Positions 29,149-39,330 of a stretch of 64,000 bases of DNA are shown here, one piece after another. Every line of letters begins with the position of its first letter. Position 1 is the first letter of the stretch. The notes under the pieces were generated by a model that ran no database searches, had not been told where the DNA came from, and saw nothing but the letters and a program-made list of their open reading frames with translations. This DNA comes from an uncultured Poribacteria bacterium (GTDB lineage Bacteria > Poribacteria > WGA-4E > WGA-3G), in assembly GCA_951828385.1 (NCBI GenBank), contig OX639973.1:2407200-2471199 (forward strand). Reading direction: 5' to 3'. The position numbers were made by a program, and so were the translations under genes.

Positions 29149-30583
29149 GGGTGTGTAAAGTTTTTGGTAGCGTTTTTTAGAAATGAGTTGAAGTTTGTAA
29201 AGAAAAATGGTATCTTCTCCAAAAGCTAGTTCCAAAAGTCTATCCTAAGGAGAAGATACCATGTCTAACATTGTAGCAGAAATCAAGGAAGAAATGGAAG
29301 TTATTTTTCAAGAACTCAGTGATATCGAGGCCGTTGGGGTCTCAACAGTAGAAGCGCGTGTGTCTGCGGCTGCTGGTTCTTGGGCGCAAAGGTTATCCGA
29401 GGCAGTTCTATCAGAAGCAGCGAGTTCTGAGGCAGCATCGCCTCTGAGTGTTCCGTGTCCATCTTGTCAAGGGCATAGCCATCGGTATCGGTTCAGAGCG
29501 CGCAACTTTACGACGGCTTGTGGTGTTGTGCGTGTGTCGAGATGGGCGTATAAATGCCGGTGCGGTCATATTCATGTGCCATGGGAGGCCCGTCAAGACC
29601 TGAGGGGTCAGTATACACGGCGCGTATCGGCAACGATGATGCGTTTAGCTGCACAACTGAACTATCGTGCGGCAGCTTCAGAGTTGAAACATCACGGGAT
29701 TCAGGTCAGCCACACGACGCTGCATCAGAAAGTGCTGGCGTGGTCAGAAGGTGAAGAAGTCTCTACCTATGCAGATGAAGAACCGCTTGATACAGGCTCT
29801 CGGTGGTATGTTTCTTGTGATGGTTGCCACACCAACTCGCCGGCGGGTTGGAAAGAAGTCAAAGTCGGGAGCGTTTCTAAAGATTATCCGTATACGCATG
29901 CTACATCTGTGCTAAAAGTCCGCCCCGGGAGCCCGAGATATGTCGCCTCTGTGACCCCTGCGGCAGATTTTGGTAAACACCTGTCTGATTTAGCGACACA
30001 GACCGGCATTTATCAAGACGAAAAAACGATGGACACCGAAGAAGTCGTCGTCATAGGGGATGGGGCGGCGTGGATATGGAACTTGGCGGATGAACACTTT
30101 CCGGGTGCCACCGAAATCGTTGACTATATGCATGCCAAGAGGCATTTATATGATGTTGCTAAGCAAGCCCTCGGAGAAGATGCCCGGGATACCGTCGAAA
30201 CTTGGGTCAATGCGACCGAGACACCTCTTTACAATGGAGAGACTGCCCAAGTCATCGCACGTATACGAGATTTGGAAACACAAAACCCAACGATAGGAGA
30301 TGTCCTCGAAAGAGAAGTCGGCTATTTTCAAAAACATTCTGATCGCATGCAATATGAGACGTTCAACGAAAAGGGGTATCAGATCGGCAGTGGGGTCATT
30401 GAGTCGGCTTGTAAGCATGTTGTCGCTGAACGCTGTAAACAAGCAGGCATGCGATGGAGCAAACCCGGCATCAATGCGATACTCTTTTGGAGATGTTTGC
30501 TAAAGAATGATACTTGGGATACTTATTGGGACACACAAGAAAAGCAGGCTGCCTAAATGTGCTGCCAAAAACTTTACACACCC
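29149..30583 (+). mobile_element. Insertion sequence, ISKra4/ISLre2-like (Mutator-like)
   Basis: IRs GGGTGTGTAAAGTTTTTGGTAGC / GCTGCCAAAAACTTTACACACCC; 9-bp direct repeat GGGGTTTGC at 29140-29148 and 30584-30592. Confidence 0.9.
29261..30556 (+). CDS. Transposase, ISKra4/UPF0236-like
   Basis: CPSC..C.C zinc ribbon, GDGAAWIW, D..HA, IGSGVIESACK, GMRWS. Confidence 0.9.
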   Translation: MSNIVAEIKEEMEVIFQELSDIEAVGVSTVEARVSAAAGSWAQRLSEAVLSEAASSEAASPLSVPCPSCQGHSHRYRFRARNFTTACGVVRVSRWAYKCRCGHIHVPWEARQDLRGQYTRRVSATMMRLAAQLNYRAAASELKHHGIQVSHTTLHQKVLAWSEGEEVSTYADEEPLDTGSRWYVSCDGCHTNSPAGWKEVKVGSVSKDYPYTHATSVLKVRPGSPRYVASVTPAADFGKHLSDLATQTGIYQDEKTMDTEEVVVIGDGAAWIWNLADEHFPGATEIVDYMHAKRHLYDVAKQALGEDARDTVETWVNATETPLYNGETAQVIARIRDLETQNPTIGDVLEREVGYFQKHSDRMQYETFNEKGYQIGSGVIESACKHVVAERCKQAGMRWSKPGINAILFWRCLLKNDTWDTYWDTQEKQAA

Positions 30584-30747
30584 GGGGTTTGCTTTTGCGT
30601 TGCGAAAAACTGTTTTTAAACGTATAATAGGAGTACGCAGCTTGAAACGAAGTGGAAAGCGGATATACGGAAAGGAACGGGAAACCCCTTGAAGAAACAC
30701 CCAAGCAAAAACACCGACTTGACCGAACCGCAAGGGACAATTAAAAA

Positions 30748-31335
30748 ATGGACAGAAAAGCAGCAATTGCCCGTGAAACAGCGGAGACCCGCATCCGGCT
30801 CAGCCTTGACCTCGACGGAACAGGGGCATCCACTATTAACACCGGTGTCGGTTTCTTGGATCACATGTTAGAACTCTTTGCCAAACACGGGTTCTTTGAC
30901 CTTGAGATTGAGGCGAAGGGCGATTTACATGTAGATGCGCATCATACGACGGAGGATGTCGGTATCTGCCTTGGGCAAGCCCTCCAAAAAGCAGTACTCG
31001 ACAAAGCAGGAATGCAACGGTTCGGCAGTTTCACTGTTCCGATGTATGAATCGCTCGCCAAAGTCGATTTAGATGTCTGCGGACGGCCTTACCTCCACTT
31101 TGAGACACCGCTGAGTTACGGGAAAGTCGGTGATTTTGATATTGAACTTGCCGAAGAATTTTTTCACGGATTTGTGAACCATAGTGGTACAACCTTGCAC
31201 ATCAATGTCCCCTACGGCACGAATCAACACCATATCATTGAAGCCATCTTTAAGGCAGTTGCGAAAGCGTTGCATATTTCCACACGTCTTGATGAAAATA
31301 TCACCGGTGTTCTGTCCACTAAAGGGAGTTTGTAG
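30748..31335 (+). CDS. hisB: Imidazoleglycerol-phosphate dehydratase
   Basis: TGVGFLDHML, DAHHTTED, NQHHIIEAIFKA, STKGSL. Confidence 0.95.
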   Translation: MDRKAAIARETAETRIRLSLDLDGTGASTINTGVGFLDHMLELFAKHGFFDLEIEAKGDLHVDAHHTTEDVGICLGQALQKAVLDKAGMQRFGSFTVPMYESLAKVDLDVCGRPYLHFETPLSYGKVGDFDIELAEEFFHGFVNHSGTTLHINVPYGTNQHHIIEAIFKAVAKALHISTRLDENITGVLSTKGSL

Positions 31336-31389
31336 AGCGGAATAGTTTTCAGTTTTCAGTTAACCGATAGTTAAATTCGGAGAGTTTTT

Positions 31390-32682
31390 ATGAGTAATGG
31401 GAACGTTATTGCAGTTATTCTTGGAGGCGGCCGTGGCGCACGCTTATTTCCATTGACACGGGATCGCGCGAAACCGAGTGTCCCGATTGCTGGTAAATTT
31501 CGACTGGTGGACATACCGATTAGCAATTGCCTACATTCAGGATTAGAGAAAATCTATGTCTTAACCCAGTTCAACTCCGTCTCCTTGAATCGACATATTG
31601 CCCAGACGTACCGCTTTGATACGTACCGCCGCGGGTTCGTCCAAATCCTCGCAGCGCAACAGACGCTGATGGGCGAAGAGTGGTATCAAGGAACAGCGGA
31701 TGCCATCAAACACAATGAACCGTATATCCTGAATCCACGGTTCAAAGACGACTATGTCCTGATTCTTGCGGGTGACCACCTCTATCGGATGGATTACCGA
31801 AAAATGCTGCAGGTCCACACCGAATCCAACGCGGCTATCACTGTGTCTGTTATTCCTGTTAAGAAAGAAGACACCAGTGGACTCGGTATTCTCCAAGCAG
31901 ATGCGAACGGACGTATCGTCGATTTCGTTGAAAAACCGCAAACGGAGGAAGAACTCCAGCGGCTCCGCGTTGAATCTGAGGTTTTCACCTCGCGGGGCAT
32001 TGAACCGCACGGAAGGGAATACATCGCCTCAATGGGGATCTATATCTTCAATCGAGAAGTCTTGCAAGAGGTGCTGCAAGATGATTCAAACGTAGACTTC
32101 GGTAAAGATATTATTCCGAAGAGCATTCAGTCGCGTACGGTTTCAGCCTACTTTTTTGACGGCTATTGGGAGGATATTGGTACGATCCGCTCTTTCTATT
32201 CGGCAAATATCGCCCTCACTGATACCGCGCCGGCGTTCAATTTCTACGATGAGCAGGCCCCGATCTATACCAACCGGCGGCACCTGCCAAGCACCAAAGT
32301 CAATAGCAGTAGTGTTCGTTCTTCAATTCTCGCTGAAGGTTCTATCATTGATGACTCCGAACTTGATAGAACGATTGTTGGTATCCGAAGTATTATCTCC
32401 GGTGGCAGTCGCGTTTACCAGTCTGTACTCATGGGGGCAGACTACTATGAATCGGATGCATCGCGAGTGGAGAGCGAACAGTCAGGCCTCCCCAAAGTCG
32501 GTATCGGTCGAAATTGCTTGATTCAGAATGCAATCATTGACAAAAATGCGCGTATCGGTGATAATTCAGTACTGGTGAACCGAGATGGCATTGATAATTA
32601 CGATGGCGAAAACTACTGCATTCGGGACGGCATTGTTATTGTGCCAAAGGATGCGACAATACTTCCCGAAACCGTCGTTTAA
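31390..32682 (+). CDS. glgC: Glucose-1-phosphate adenylyltransferase
   Basis: ILGGGRGARLFPLT..RAKPSVP, WYQGTADA, EKP, DFGKDIIP, IIDKNARIG. Confidence 0.95.
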   Translation: MSNGNVIAVILGGGRGARLFPLTRDRAKPSVPIAGKFRLVDIPISNCLHSGLEKIYVLTQFNSVSLNRHIAQTYRFDTYRRGFVQILAAQQTLMGEEWYQGTADAIKHNEPYILNPRFKDDYVLILAGDHLYRMDYRKMLQVHTESNAAITVSVIPVKKEDTSGLGILQADANGRIVDFVEKPQTEEELQRLRVESEVFTSRGIEPHGREYIASMGIYIFNREVLQEVLQDDSNVDFGKDIIPKSIQSRTVSAYFFDGYWEDIGTIRSFYSANIALTDTAPAFNFYDEQAPIYTNRRHLPSTKVNSSSVRSSILAEGSIIDDSELDRTIVGIRSIISGGSRVYQSVLMGADYYESDASRVESEQSGLPKVGIGRNCLIQNAIIDKNARIGDNSVLVNRDGIDNYDGENYCIRDGIVIVPKDATILPETVV

Positions 32683-32733
32683 CCTATAGCCTTGGATTTT
32701 AGAATCAAGGTTGTTTAGTAAGGAGAAATTCTG

Positions 32734-33510
32734 ATGCGTAGCGTACTAACATTTTTAGTCCTGAGTATTTTCGCGTTAACATATTTCGTGGCGATGCCTG
32801 TCGTGGCGTTAGATACAGACGGTCTCGTCGGTGCATGGCTGTTGGATGAAGGGAAAGGAGAATCCGTTACGGATTCCTCCGATAACGGACTGGATGGAAA
32901 AATCGCGAAGGGTAAACCGAAGTGGGTTGATGGCAAATTTGGGGGTGCGATGGAATTCGGTGGACAAGATATGGTGACAGTCGATGATGATAACGCACTT
33001 GATTTAGAGGAATTCACAATCGCTGCATGGGTGAATATCCCGAAAGTCTCAGGCGCGTGGCAAATTATCGCCTCTAAAGAGCACCGCGGCCCGACCGGTA
33101 GAAACTACGGACTCTTCGGTCATATTAATAGTGGTGTTGTCCACTACTCTTTCACAACAAACGCAGGCTGGAAATCCTTTGATGCCAAAACCGTTGTGAC
33201 GGATGGGGATTGGCATCACGTCGCAGGCACTTATGACGGTTCCGACTTCAAACTCTATCTTGATGGAGCTGTTGACGCACAAGTCGCACCGGGGACGAAA
33301 CCGGATAACCACGATAATTTTCTGTTTATTGGTGGGTGTGACATCGGTAACTACTGGATGACTGGCAGTATTGATGAGGTCGTTCTCTATGATAGAGCCC
33401 TCAGCGAGAAAGAACTCAACGAACTCATAGAAGATGGGATGTCTGTTGCATTAGACGTACAACCCGGTGGGAAACTGGTGACGACTTGGAGTCGAATTAA
33501 GGCTCAATAA
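32734..33510 (+). CDS. Secreted LamG/concanavalin-like domain protein
   Basis: Signal peptide, W.LDEG.G, WHHVAGTYDG, GSIDEV.LYDRALS, C-terminal VQPGGKLVTTWSRIK. Confidence 0.85.
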   Translation: MRSVLTFLVLSIFALTYFVAMPVVALDTDGLVGAWLLDEGKGESVTDSSDNGLDGKIAKGKPKWVDGKFGGAMEFGGQDMVTVDDDNALDLEEFTIAAWVNIPKVSGAWQIIASKEHRGPTGRNYGLFGHINSGVVHYSFTTNAGWKSFDAKTVVTDGDWHHVAGTYDGSDFKLYLDGAVDAQVAPGTKPDNHDNFLFIGGCDIGNYWMTGSIDEVVLYDRALSEKELNELIEDGMSVALDVQPGGKLVTTWSRIKAQ

Positions 33511-33577
33511 TCTCTAAGACAGGTATATCTCATACGCGCGTTTACAGAGCGTGTTTCAAGGAAGGCTAACTTTCAAC

Positions 33578-33856
33578 ATGTCTGAATTAAGACAGAAACT
33601 TCTGGTCCTACATTTACACACACCTGACCTGAATAGTAGCGTTGTCGCCTGGGCGATGTATGATGGTACGGGTGAAAAACGTCACACGACAGGCGACAGC
33701 GAGACACCACCCTATAACTCGGTTATGGAAGCGATGCGAGATGGTTGGCGGGTGATTCAGTTTCCACAACAATTCCCTGCCTACCCCGGCATGGAATATC
33801 ATACCTCATATCTCAGGTTTGAATATATACTTGAGAAATTGGAGGAGATCCAATGA
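33578..33856 (+). CDS. Small hypothetical protein coupled to the PhyH gene
   Basis: 92 aa; its stop overlaps the next start (ATGA). Confidence 0.65.
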   Translation: MSELRQKLLVLHLHTPDLNSSVVAWAMYDGTGEKRHTTGDSETPPYNSVMEAMRDGWRVIQFPQQFPAYPGMEYHTSYLRFEYILEKLEEIQ

Positions 33857-34671
33857 TTGACAAAAAGTATTTGCTCACGACAGAACAGATGGCGAACTTC
33901 GTCGCGGACGGTTACCTCCGCTTCGATAATTTAATCCCTGATGAATTGAATAAAGCTGCACATGCAGAGATGGAAGCAGGTGTGGGTGTCCGCGGGGGCG
34001 GCGGCACGGTTTTAAATGATGTCTGGGACGATGCTTCTGCTGTTGGAAAAGTTTTCGGGATGCCGGAAGTTCAAGGTATCATTCAGAGTTTAGTTGGTGA
34101 GGCTCCGCTTTACGATCACCACGCCGTTCACATCGTCCGCCCCCAAAACGATATCGGTCAGATTTGGCATGCCGATGCGATCATCGATCTGCGGATGCAC
34201 TTTGACATCCAATTCTTCTATTTCTCGCACGATACACCGCGCGAAATGGGTGGGACGATGATTCTGCCGGGGAGCCACTATCGCCGTGTCTGTGAAACGG
34301 ACATCGCGCGGTACCAGAACTTTCTCAGCCAGTTGCCGATCGCTTGTGAGGCAGGCACGCTTTTTGTGGTGCATCACGGGATGTGGCATTGTGCGCAACC
34401 GAATTTAACAGATCAGACGCGCTACATGTTCAAACTCCGCCTCAATCCGACGGTACGTCAATGCCAACTCTGGAACACAGATGATATTGACACTGCACCT
34501 ATCCACGGCATCTTAGGTCGGAATCACAGATGGTATGGGAACGATGTCCGGCTTGAAATCGTCAACCGGATTAAGCAGTGGCGTTTCCTTATCGGTGACG
34601 AATCGTTTGATATTGGCTACTGGATGTCTCGGCTTGAGAACATGCCAGAGAACGCTCAGGAAGCAGCATAG
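33853..34671 (+). CDS. PhyH-family Fe/2-oxoglutarate dioxygenase
   Basis: F..DGYL, WHAD (HxD), PGSH, WHCA, R.MFK. Confidence 0.85.
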   Translation: MIDKKYLLTTEQMANFVADGYLRFDNLIPDELNKAAHAEMEAGVGVRGGGGTVLNDVWDDASAVGKVFGMPEVQGIIQSLVGEAPLYDHHAVHIVRPQNDIGQIWHADAIIDLRMHFDIQFFYFSHDTPREMGGTMILPGSHYRRVCETDIARYQNFLSQLPIACEAGTLFVVHHGMWHCAQPNLTDQTRYMFKLRLNPTVRQCQLWNTDDIDTAPIHGILGRNHRWYGNDVRLEIVNRIKQWRFLIGDESFDIGYWMSRLENMPENAQEAA

Positions 34672-34685
34672 TTATTTCAACAAGA

Positions 34686-34710
34686 AAGGCGCGGTTTCTA
34701 ACCGCGCCTT
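34686..34710. terminator. Hairpin between convergent genes (REP-like or bidirectional terminator)
   Basis: AAGGCGCGGTT-TCT-AACCGCGCCTT. Confidence 0.6.
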
Positions 34711-34749
34711 GAAATCAATTGAAATGTACTTCTTGAGGTCATCGCAACG

Positions 34750-35592
34750 CTATCTATCGCGCCCCCGTCCTCTTCTGTTACCAGATCGTCTCCGGAATTG
34801 TTCTATCATTTCTCGCCGCTCTTCGCTTGAGGCACTCTTCATTTTCTCCATCATCTCCTGCCTCATTTTTTCAGCACGCTCTTTCTGCTCTGTCAGCCTG
34901 CGTTTTTCGGCGGCCGCCTGATTGCCTCGATTTTGTCCAGCGTTGTTATTACTCGCCTTTTCGGACTCACCCCCGCCACGATTTTCACCCCTATCGCCAC
35001 CGCGTTCTCGTCTAGCCGTGAGGGGTTGGAACCCTCGGGTTTTGAGTTTTATTGTCTCTCCGGCTTTATCCAAGGTTACCTGTTCGGATTGGATGTCCGT
35101 GACTGTGATATCGCCAAGTTTTGTCCCGATGGTGACAAAGTGATAGCGATTAGATCTGTTTTCCAGCAGTGTCGCTTGTGATATTCCCTCGTTTGGATCA
35201 ACAACTTTAGTACCAACCAAACCATAGGAAGGTTCGTTGTTTGGCGGTGTCCACCCTAACGGTCGAAAAAGATTGTGGTCAATGATGGTTTTGTAAAACG
35301 CTGCGTTCTCTCCGAAGTCAACCCTCTCCCCACGGTTTTGGCGACCCCAAGATCTGTTATTACGTTGTGGTTCGGGTTGTTCTTTTGCTTTAGCCATCGC
35401 CTGCAATTTAGCAGCATTTGATTCTTTCATCTCTTTCATTTTAGCGGCGTTCATCTCCGGCTTTGTACCGATGAACTCTGATTTTGTTTTCTCCTGCGCG
35501 TAGAGCAGTACCCCAAAACTGAGAAGTAGACATACGACACAGCCGACTCCCAGTTTTGCGATGACACTTCCCCTTTTATTCGCAATTTTCAT
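34750..35592 (-). CDS. Exported hypothetical protein, possibly GspC/PilP-like, with an Arg/Gly-rich tail
   Basis: GGAGG RBS, N-terminal TM, NLFRPLG, LVGT..., G.KLGD.TV.DI....V.L pattern. Confidence 0.6.
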   Translation of the reverse strand: MKIANKRGSVIAKLGVGCVVCLLLSFGVLLYAQEKTKSEFIGTKPEMNAAKMKEMKESNAAKLQAMAKAKEQPEPQRNNRSWGRQNRGERVDFGENAAFYKTIIDHNLFRPLGWTPPNNEPSYGLVGTKVVDPNEGISQATLLENRSNRYHFVTIGTKLGDITVTDIQSEQVTLDKAGETIKLKTRGFQPLTARRERGGDRGENRGGGESEKASNNNAGQNRGNQAAAEKRRLTEQKERAEKMRQEMMEKMKSASSEERREMIEQFRRRSGNRRGRGRDR

Positions 35593-35646
35593 TACTTTCC
35601 TCCGGTGTTGTCTATTTCCAAGCGCGTTTTTTAATACTCCAATTCA

Positions 35647-35839
35647 TAGTGTTCGCATTCAGGAAGATCGTATAGACACCTCTTTGCAACTTAAGACAGG
35701 TTCTGTTGAGAAAAGGTTCTCTTTAATTTTACTGTGAATTTCGCCAAATGTCAAATCAAATGACTTCAGACCACAACGGGCAATGAATTGCCCGACTACG
35801 AACAGGACCACTCTTAATTTCAATATGGACGAAGCACTA
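35647..35839 (-). mobile_element. MITE-like element related to the 127-bp unit
   Basis: Ends TAGTGTTCG... / ...CGAAGCACTA; shares CCTGTTCGTAGT(A/C)GGGCAATTCATTGCCCGTTG with the 9433 unit on the opposite strand. Confidence 0.6.
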
Positions 35840-35930
35840 TGTATATTTAGACGCAAAAGTTGTTTATGCGTTTATTTTTTTCGTAACCAGAGTCGCTCAA
35901 CCAAGTCTCCGCCTGTCATTGTAAAAAGCG

Positions 35931-35959
35931 TTGACTTTGAAGAAAAAATAGGGTAAACT
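35931..35959 (+). promoter_or_regulatory. Probable sigma70 promoter
   Basis: TTGACT-17nt-TAAACT upstream of 35999. Confidence 0.6.
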
Positions 35960-35998
35960 TTATAGAAATAGAACTTTCTCATAAAAGGAACACTCGAT

Positions 35999-36553
35999 AT
36001 GAAGTGCTATAATCCGAATCAAAAATACATCGCATTTGTGTGTAGTTGCGTCCTCATTTTCGTTTTAACGAGTCAGCATGCGGCTGCGGCGCGCCGGTCT
36101 CGCGTGCTCTCAATTGGACTCTTCGCCTCTGGCATGAGTCTCCAACTTGGTGCCACGCTTCTCAAATCCTCCGCCCAAGAGCGTTACGATGCCTATCTTA
36201 ACGCAGCAATCCAAGCGGACATTCAAACACACAAAGACGCTTTCCTTGTCAGGCGGAATGCTGGTAAGATCATGTCGGGTGTCGGTCTCGGATGTGTAGG
36301 TCTCGCCGTGCTTTTCTCAATCTATAACCAACTTGACACACCTTCGGAGTCGTCTGAACTTGCGGAAGGCGATGTCTTTTCTGGGTACCGCTCGCAAGCT
36401 CTGCGAACACATCTACGCGCTCAGAAAATTGATTTTACAAATTACGAATTTGGAAACACAGGTCTGCTATCTCCGCGTTCCGCGTTCCAATTACTGCCGC
36501 ACTACGATTTCCAAAACCAACAGGCAAGTTTGAGGCTTCTACACTATTTTTAA
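35999..36553 (+). CDS. Hypothetical membrane/exported protein
   Basis: AAGGA RBS, signal peptide, two hydrophobic segments, C-terminal Phe. Confidence 0.7.
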   Translation: MKCYNPNQKYIAFVCSCVLIFVLTSQHAAAARRSRVLSIGLFASGMSLQLGATLLKSSAQERYDAYLNAAIQADIQTHKDAFLVRRNAGKIMSGVGLGCVGLAVLFSIYNQLDTPSESSELAEGDVFSGYRSQALRTHLRAQKIDFTNYEFGNTGLLSPRSAFQLLPHYDFQNQQASLRLLHYF

Positions 36554-36652
36554 CGATTAGTTTCCGTCCGATTTTCCCGACGCGAAAATAGAGTTTTGGG
36601 TTGGTTTGAAGGACGTTGATTGTAATTGCGTTGTTTTTAAGGAGCAAATATT

Positions 36653-37765
36653 ATGCGTCTATTCTACACCTTATTCAACCGTAAGGTTAGTATACTAAGT
36701 TTCCTTATATGCCTTGCTTTAGTTTTTCTATATACCTGCACAAGTAGCGAGGATTTTGCGAATCCGCTTGACCCAGAAAATCTGCGTACCTCCGGTGCCC
36801 CGGATGGACTCACGCTCTATGCCGGTGATAAACAGGTTCGGGTCACATGGAACGATATTGGACAGGAGGGTATCAAGGCCTACCGGATCTATAGACGCTC
36901 TACAGGTGGAACAGATACGGCGTTTGCGTTGGCCGGCTCCGTTGATGCGCCTGCAAACGAATTTATTGATACCCAAAATCTCGAAAACGACCGGCTTGAT
37001 ACCTCTGGACAGCTCCTTGCCTATGAATATCGCATTACCTATGTTGATGTCAACGGCGTGGAAACACCGGATCCGACGCATCCGCCACTTGAGAGTGATG
37101 AACCGCGTCGTATTTGGAAAACAGCGTTAGCTACACCGAGTGTCCCGCCACCGGTACCCGTTGTAACCGTCGGGGATCCGACCGATCTCATCGTTAAACT
37201 CTTTTGGGAAGGTTATGAACTTTCTGATGATTTTTCTGTCTTCCGCATCTATGCCGCGCTTGACAATGAAGATGGGAAATCGTTACAGTTTAAAGTGATT
37301 GCGGAACCGAAACGAGACCAGTTCTTCTATTTCGACCACGATTTTGAGGTAGATGGCACTCGGAAAGTCTATCGCATCGCTGCGGTAGATATATTCGGCG
37401 CGGAGGCATTCGCCACTATCAACGCAGCGACACCCAATGTCCCGCCTGCGCCACCGCAGAACGTTCGTGTCCGTTACTTACCCCGCTCCCTATTTAACAC
37501 GAAATACGATGCAGTCATTTCATGGAGCCCAAATACCGAACCTGACCTCGCTGGGTACCAACTCTATACCAGAGACGCAGCCGGCAATTTACTCTTGCGT
37601 CCCGCGCCCGGAAAAAAGGATCGCACGTGGACAATACCCGGCGAAGACCCGATTCTCGTCGGACAGTCGCTCGAATTTAAGCGATACTACATAACAGCTT
37701 TTGACAATACACCCGGCCCCGATGGACAACGCGACGAAAGTGCTATGGTAGAAGCAAAACCCTAA
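36653..37765 (+). CDS. Putative lipoprotein with fibronectin type III-like repeats
   Basis: Cys after a hydrophobic leader, NPLDP, repeated V.W...Y.IYR and Y.ITA.D...ES patterns. Confidence 0.75.
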   Translation: MRLFYTLFNRKVSILSFLICLALVFLYTCTSSEDFANPLDPENLRTSGAPDGLTLYAGDKQVRVTWNDIGQEGIKAYRIYRRSTGGTDTAFALAGSVDAPANEFIDTQNLENDRLDTSGQLLAYEYRITYVDVNGVETPDPTHPPLESDEPRRIWKTALATPSVPPPVPVVTVGDPTDLIVKLFWEGYELSDDFSVFRIYAALDNEDGKSLQFKVIAEPKRDQFFYFDHDFEVDGTRKVYRIAAVDIFGAEAFATINAATPNVPPAPPQNVRVRYLPRSLFNTKYDAVISWSPNTEPDLAGYQLYTRDAAGNLLLRPAPGKKDRTWTIPGEDPILVGQSLEFKRYYITAFDNTPGPDGQRDESAMVEAKP

Positions 37766-37796
37766 AATTAGTCTCTACGCCTAAAGGAATAAGTCT

Positions 37797-38768
37797 ATGC
37801 CCGCTAAAAACAGACAATTCAGTACACAATGCTTTATTTTCATTATTTGTACGCTACTCCTTGGTCCCGCGTTGCCGATCGCAGCGCAGTTACCAGCCGT
37901 TCCACATCTCAGCACCATTCAGACCGCAGAACCGGTCGGTAAAGGTGGTTCCAGCACCTCGTTTGGGCTCCTTCAATACTCAAAAGTTGATCTGCTACCC
38001 GATCAACGCCAAAAAGTAAATATTGGCGGATTTGAGGAACTGCATCGCGTGTCGCTGCAAATAGAGACCTTCCTCATACCGGTCAGATTCAATTACGGCT
38101 TAACCGACGCACTTGATTTGGTGCTGGGCGGCACCTTTTCAACCGGTGGTGTCCGAAAAACCGTTCACGATTTCTATAATGTTGCTGAAGAGTCCGACGT
38201 TGATCCAACCACCGATCGCCGCGTTTATGACCAACCGCTATTTGACGGTGTCATCGGACTCAAATATAACATTAAACCCGATCGGAATGATGGCTTTCCG
38301 AGCATCTCTATCGGTGGTGACGCACAGTTCGGTTACACCGCCGATGATCGGCTCAATACGGATAACGAATTCCTCGATTATAGCCCTGCCGATGGGTTTC
38401 CGTTTTTCGGAATCAATACCTATATGGTCGGTACTCAAAGATTCGGGAGCCTTTTTAAACTCCACGCCGGTGTTGGCGTTTTTCTAACATCAAAGTTACT
38501 TAAAACGACAGACTTTTTTGCCCTCAATTGGCAGGTGGGTGGTGAAGTTGCTATCGCGGATAACATGTGGTTGCTGGCGGATTTTTCGCGTGAACTTCCG
38601 TATGCGGGTACAAACGTAACGAACTTCATTGGTCTGGCTTTCCGTTATGAAGTCTCGAATACATTGGCATTCCAACTCGGATTTAACAGTCAACCGGGAT
38701 TCCAGTTTAACTTGACCTTCGGTGGCGAGAAGGCACAAGCACTTGATGGCGAGAATTTGCTGTTTTAG
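37797..38768 (+). CDS. Putative outer-membrane beta-barrel protein
   Basis: Signal peptide, amphipathic beta strands, co-transcribed with the lipoprotein. Confidence 0.6.
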   Translation: MPAKNRQFSTQCFIFIICTLLLGPALPIAAQLPAVPHLSTIQTAEPVGKGGSSTSFGLLQYSKVDLLPDQRQKVNIGGFEELHRVSLQIETFLIPVRFNYGLTDALDLVLGGTFSTGGVRKTVHDFYNVAEESDVDPTTDRRVYDQPLFDGVIGLKYNIKPDRNDGFPSISIGGDAQFGYTADDRLNTDNEFLDYSPADGFPFFGINTYMVGTQRFGSLFKLHAGVGVFLTSKLLKTTDFFALNWQVGGEVAIADNMWLLADFSRELPYAGTNVTNFIGLAFRYEVSNTLAFQLGFNSQPGFQFNLTFGGEKAQALDGENLLF

Positions 38769-38807
38769 CGAGAAAAATTGCAAGAATTATCAAGGAAAAA
38801 TAAAAAG

Positions 38808-39257
38808 ATGCGAGCAGTTGTTCAGCGCGTTAAAGCTGCCAGTGTTACAGTAGACGGTGAACCCGTTTCCGAAATTGGGGCAGGCGTGCTTATCTTCCTC
38901 GGCGTTGCGCATGACGATACCACAACGGAACTGGAATATATCGCCAATAAAGTCGCTAATCTGCGTATCTTCGAGGACGAAGACGGTAAAATGAATCGTT
39001 CACTTCTCGAAACAGGAGGGGCTGCCCTTGTCGTCTCGCAATTCACGCTCTACGGTGATTGCCGCAAAGGACGACGACCAAGCTTTATTAATGCCGCCCG
39101 TCCGGAAGTCGCAAACACGCTTTATGAACAGTTCATCACCGTCCTAAAACAGCAGAATATCCCAACGCAGGGTGGCACCTTTCAGGCAATGATGGATGTG
39201 CAACTCATTAACGACGGTCCCGTCACCATTTTACTGGATAGCGATAAACAATTTTGA
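38808..39257 (+). CDS. dtd: D-aminoacyl-tRNA deacylase
   Basis: [26 protein letters not shown]. Confidence 0.95.
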   Translation: MRAVVQRVKAASVTVDGEPVSEIGAGVLIFLGVAHDDTTTELEYIANKVANLRIFEDEDGKMNRSLLETGGAALVVSQFTLYGDCRKGRRPSFINAARPEVANTLYEQFITVLKQQNIPTQGGTFQAMMDVQLINDGPVTILLDSDKQF

Positions 39258-39330
39258 ATCGGCATAGGTTTATCAATCAATTCTTCCTTAAAAGCACTCC
39301 AGCGGAGTGCCATGTCTATAGGAGAAGATT

